From the NCBI GenBank assembly GCA_963815115.1, contig CAWFFN010000007.1, forward strand, positions 832,001 to 896,000: a DNA stretch of 64,000 nt, read 5' to 3'. How positions within the stretch are numbered: position 1 is the stretch's first letter; each line of letters opens with the position of its first letter. This stretch comes from an uncultured delta proteobacterium. GTDB lineage: Bacteria; Desulfobacterota; Binatia; DP-6. The notes below the pieces were generated by a model. The model did no database searches and had not been told where the DNA came from. It was given only the letters and a program-made list of their open reading frames with translations. This document shows positions 61,927 to 64,000 of the stretch, piece after piece. The position numbers were made by a program, and so were the translations under genes.

Positions 61927-61963
61927 GGTAGCACGCCGCTACCTCGAAAGTAGCGGCTCTCTG
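61927..61963 (+). promoter_or_regulatory. 37-bp upstream motif, copy 2
   Basis: GGTAGCACGCCGCTACCTCGAAAGTAGCGGCTCTCTG; 33/37 identical to 50747-50783. Confidence 0.7.
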
Positions 61964-62027
61964 TTGCGTACAGCTCGAAGCGCACCCCGATTCACTTCAG
62001 TTTCAGATCGCGAAGGAGGGAGACGCA

Positions 62028-63014
62028 ATGGAACACCACGCCGCAAGGCAGACCACTCGCATCCGGACATGGGTCCGCGTTGGCAGAGGGGCCGGCATAG
62101 CATGTGCGGCCGCGTTTCTCGGGGGCGCGCTTCCCATCGCCGAGGTCACATCGTCCGCGCTGGCGCAGGCCCCCGCCACCACGCAGCTGACCGGGGACGT
62201 CTCGAGCGATGACCCCGGCATCTTCCTGGTCGATGGCGTACGCATCGCGGTCGCAGACACGGCGATCGCGACCGAGACGTCATTGGGAGGCTACAGGCTC
62301 GACGTGCCCTCGGGTCCGCACACCCTCGAGATCTCCGGAACGTGCGTTCAGCCCGGATCCATCGCGGTCGACGCCGAAGGAGCGACCCAGTTCTTCCCAC
62401 TCACGGTCACTGGTATCGTTCCGATGGACCCTGCCGTCCACTACCGGTGTGATCCGTTCCGTGCGACCTCCGCCGCCCGTTTCTCTTCGCCGCTTCACCA
62501 CAAGGCAGCAGTGTCGCCGACTCATGCGGCAACGATCTCGCTGAAGTCGCCGGTGACGTTCGACGGGCTCCCGTATCGAAAGTTCTACGTGACGGCGAAC
62601 GGATGGCTCAGCTTCAAGCCGGTGGCGCTCTCGAAGTTGCCTCCCTGCGATCGGCTCTCTCCGGGGAACGCGCCCGCGAATGCCCTGTTCGCGTACGCCG
62701 GGTGCGCGACGACGAAGTCCGTCACCTATGACGTCGTCGCCGGCGCACTCGTCGTACGGTGGCACCTCGTGGACCCGATCACCGCGGAGCCGACGGACGT
62801 CGAGGTGAACTTCGGGCCCGGGTCCTTGACGGTGCAGAGCAACGTGATCGAGGTTGCCTACGGCAGTCTCGGTGATGCCGGACACGACGGCAGCGGTGCG
62901 TTCGTCGGGCTGACCACCGCTGCTGGCGCGGCGTTCCCGATCGGGGTGCGCCAGGCCGTCCTTCGTCCATTCCACACGATCCAGCTCACACCGACGCCGA
63001 CCATCCACTTCTGA
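62028..63014 (+). CDS. Secreted beta-rich protein (carboxypeptidase-regulatory-like plus nidogen-like segment)
   Basis: AAGGAGG RBS, signal region, GGYRLDVPSGPHTL, FDG..Y.KFYVTANGWLSF. Confidence 0.7.
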   Translation: MEHHAARQTTRIRTWVRVGRGAGIACAAAFLGGALPIAEVTSSALAQAPATTQLTGDVSSDDPGIFLVDGVRIAVADTAIATETSLGGYRLDVPSGPHTLEISGTCVQPGSIAVDAEGATQFFPLTVTGIVPMDPAVHYRCDPFRATSAARFSSPLHHKAAVSPTHAATISLKSPVTFDGLPYRKFYVTANGWLSFKPVALSKLPPCDRLSPGNAPANALFAYAGCATTKSVTYDVVAGALVVRWHLVDPITAEPTDVEVNFGPGSLTVQSNVIEVAYGSLGDAGHDGSGAFVGLTTAAGAAFPIGVRQAVLRPFHTIQLTPTPTIHF

Positions 63015-63452
63015 GCCCTGCATTCCGACCAGAACGCGATCCTGAAGTTCCCGCGGCGATGGCGCCGCCGCTTTCAGAGCGGTCTCCGGTCCGAAGCGGA
63101 GCTGCCAGCCGGGCCGAAGCTCGGAGCCGCGGCATCGTACGCTTGCCATCGTGACCGGAGACCGGTAGTGGCGGGAACGCGTGACGGAACGAGTTCATCC
63201 GGTGAATCCCGGGATCGCATCGACCTCCGGCGACCGATAGATGACCGCAAGGAGGAGCGCCATGGCAGGTAGGGTGATGAACCCGATCGCTCTGGCGACG
63301 GCGCTTCTCGTGACGGTCGGCGCCGAGCGCGCCGCCGTGGGCGCCCGGCGACGGCGTCTCTCCTGATGAGATCACCGGTGTGACGCCCGAGGCCGGGACG
63401 CTTCCGCTCAAGGCCAAGGTCCAGGTCAAGGCCATTCGATCCATGCGCTGCG

Positions 63453-64000
63453 ATGATGACGCGGGCTGAGGATTCCTGGACGGGCGGCCCGCGCGCGGAG
63501 AATGCGCCGTGGACCGACCGTGACATCGAGCTGCCGGGCCGCGGTCGGACGTCGATCCGCGAAGTCCACGGCCCGGAAGGCGCACCGACCCTGGTGCTGC
63601 TGCACGGGCTCGCCGCGACCGGGCGGCTCAACTGGTTTGCCGCTCTCCGCGCCCTGTCCGAACGCTTTCGTGTGATCGTCGTCGATCACCGTGGCCATGG
63701 CCGGGGGATTCGCACGCACCACTTCCGCCTGGTCGACTGCGCGGACGACGCCGTCGCCGTCGCCGACCACCTCGGCATCGAGTCGCTCATCGCGGTCGGC
63801 TACTCGATGGGAGGACCGATCGCCAAGCTGTGCTGGAGCCGGCACCGGGATCGCGTTCGCGGGCTCGTCCTGTGCGCAACGGCGAATCACTTCATGCGAC
63901 CCGAGGCGCGTGGAGTCGCCAGCGCCGTCTTCCCCGGCATGATCGTCACCGCCAGGCTCATCCCCGGCTTCTTCCGGGACCGGATCATCGATGGGATGAC
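63453..64000 (+). CDS. Alpha/beta hydrolase, running off the window end
   Basis: PTLVLLHG, DHRGHGRG, nucleophile elbow GYSMGG; no stop before 64000. Confidence 0.85.
   Translation, partial: MMTRAEDSWTGGPRAENAPWTDRDIELPGRGRTSIREVHGPEGAPTLVLLHGLAATGRLNWFAALRALSERFRVIVVDHRGHGRGIRTHHFRLVDCADDAVAVADHLGIESLIAVGYSMGGPIAKLCWSRHRDRVRGLVLCATANHFMRPEARGVASAVFPGMIVTARLIPGFFRDRIIDGM

Overview
GC-rich bacterial chromosome segment with about 60 genes, no rRNA, tRNA or CRISPR array, and no intact transposase or phage genes. The DUF1329 gene, Myxococcus-type Cys-rich repeats and Thr-rich linkers suggest a Binatota/deltaproteobacterium-like diderm (inference). The left part (1-21 kb) is mostly housekeeping and regulation: lon, a galT-like gene, glgA, an A-type Fe-S carrier, a NarL-type two-component system behind a sigma54 promoter, comEC, uvrC, uvrB, an ECF/anti-sigma set and a PAS kinase with a sigma54 activator. 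The right part is accessory, with many secreted Cys-rich proteins, redox enzymes and gene remnants. The strongest candidate for an undescribed system is a Fur-box-headed heme-acquisition operon (34.8-44.0 kb). It encodes a HutX-like protein, two secreted paralogues sharing an unrecognised N-terminal domain (candidate hemophores), a TonB-dependent receptor, an IsdE-like binding protein with ABC transporter, and a split-barrel protein. Other notable items are a cytochrome lipoprotein plus monoheme cytochrome-porin pair, a clan-CD peptidase-PDZ-thioredoxin fusion, a 284-bp nested palindromic element, and a 37-bp motif repeated upstream of two unrelated secreted-protein genes. Several single-base frameshifts are probably assembly errors. 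All family assignments come from motif recognition by eye; no database searches were run.
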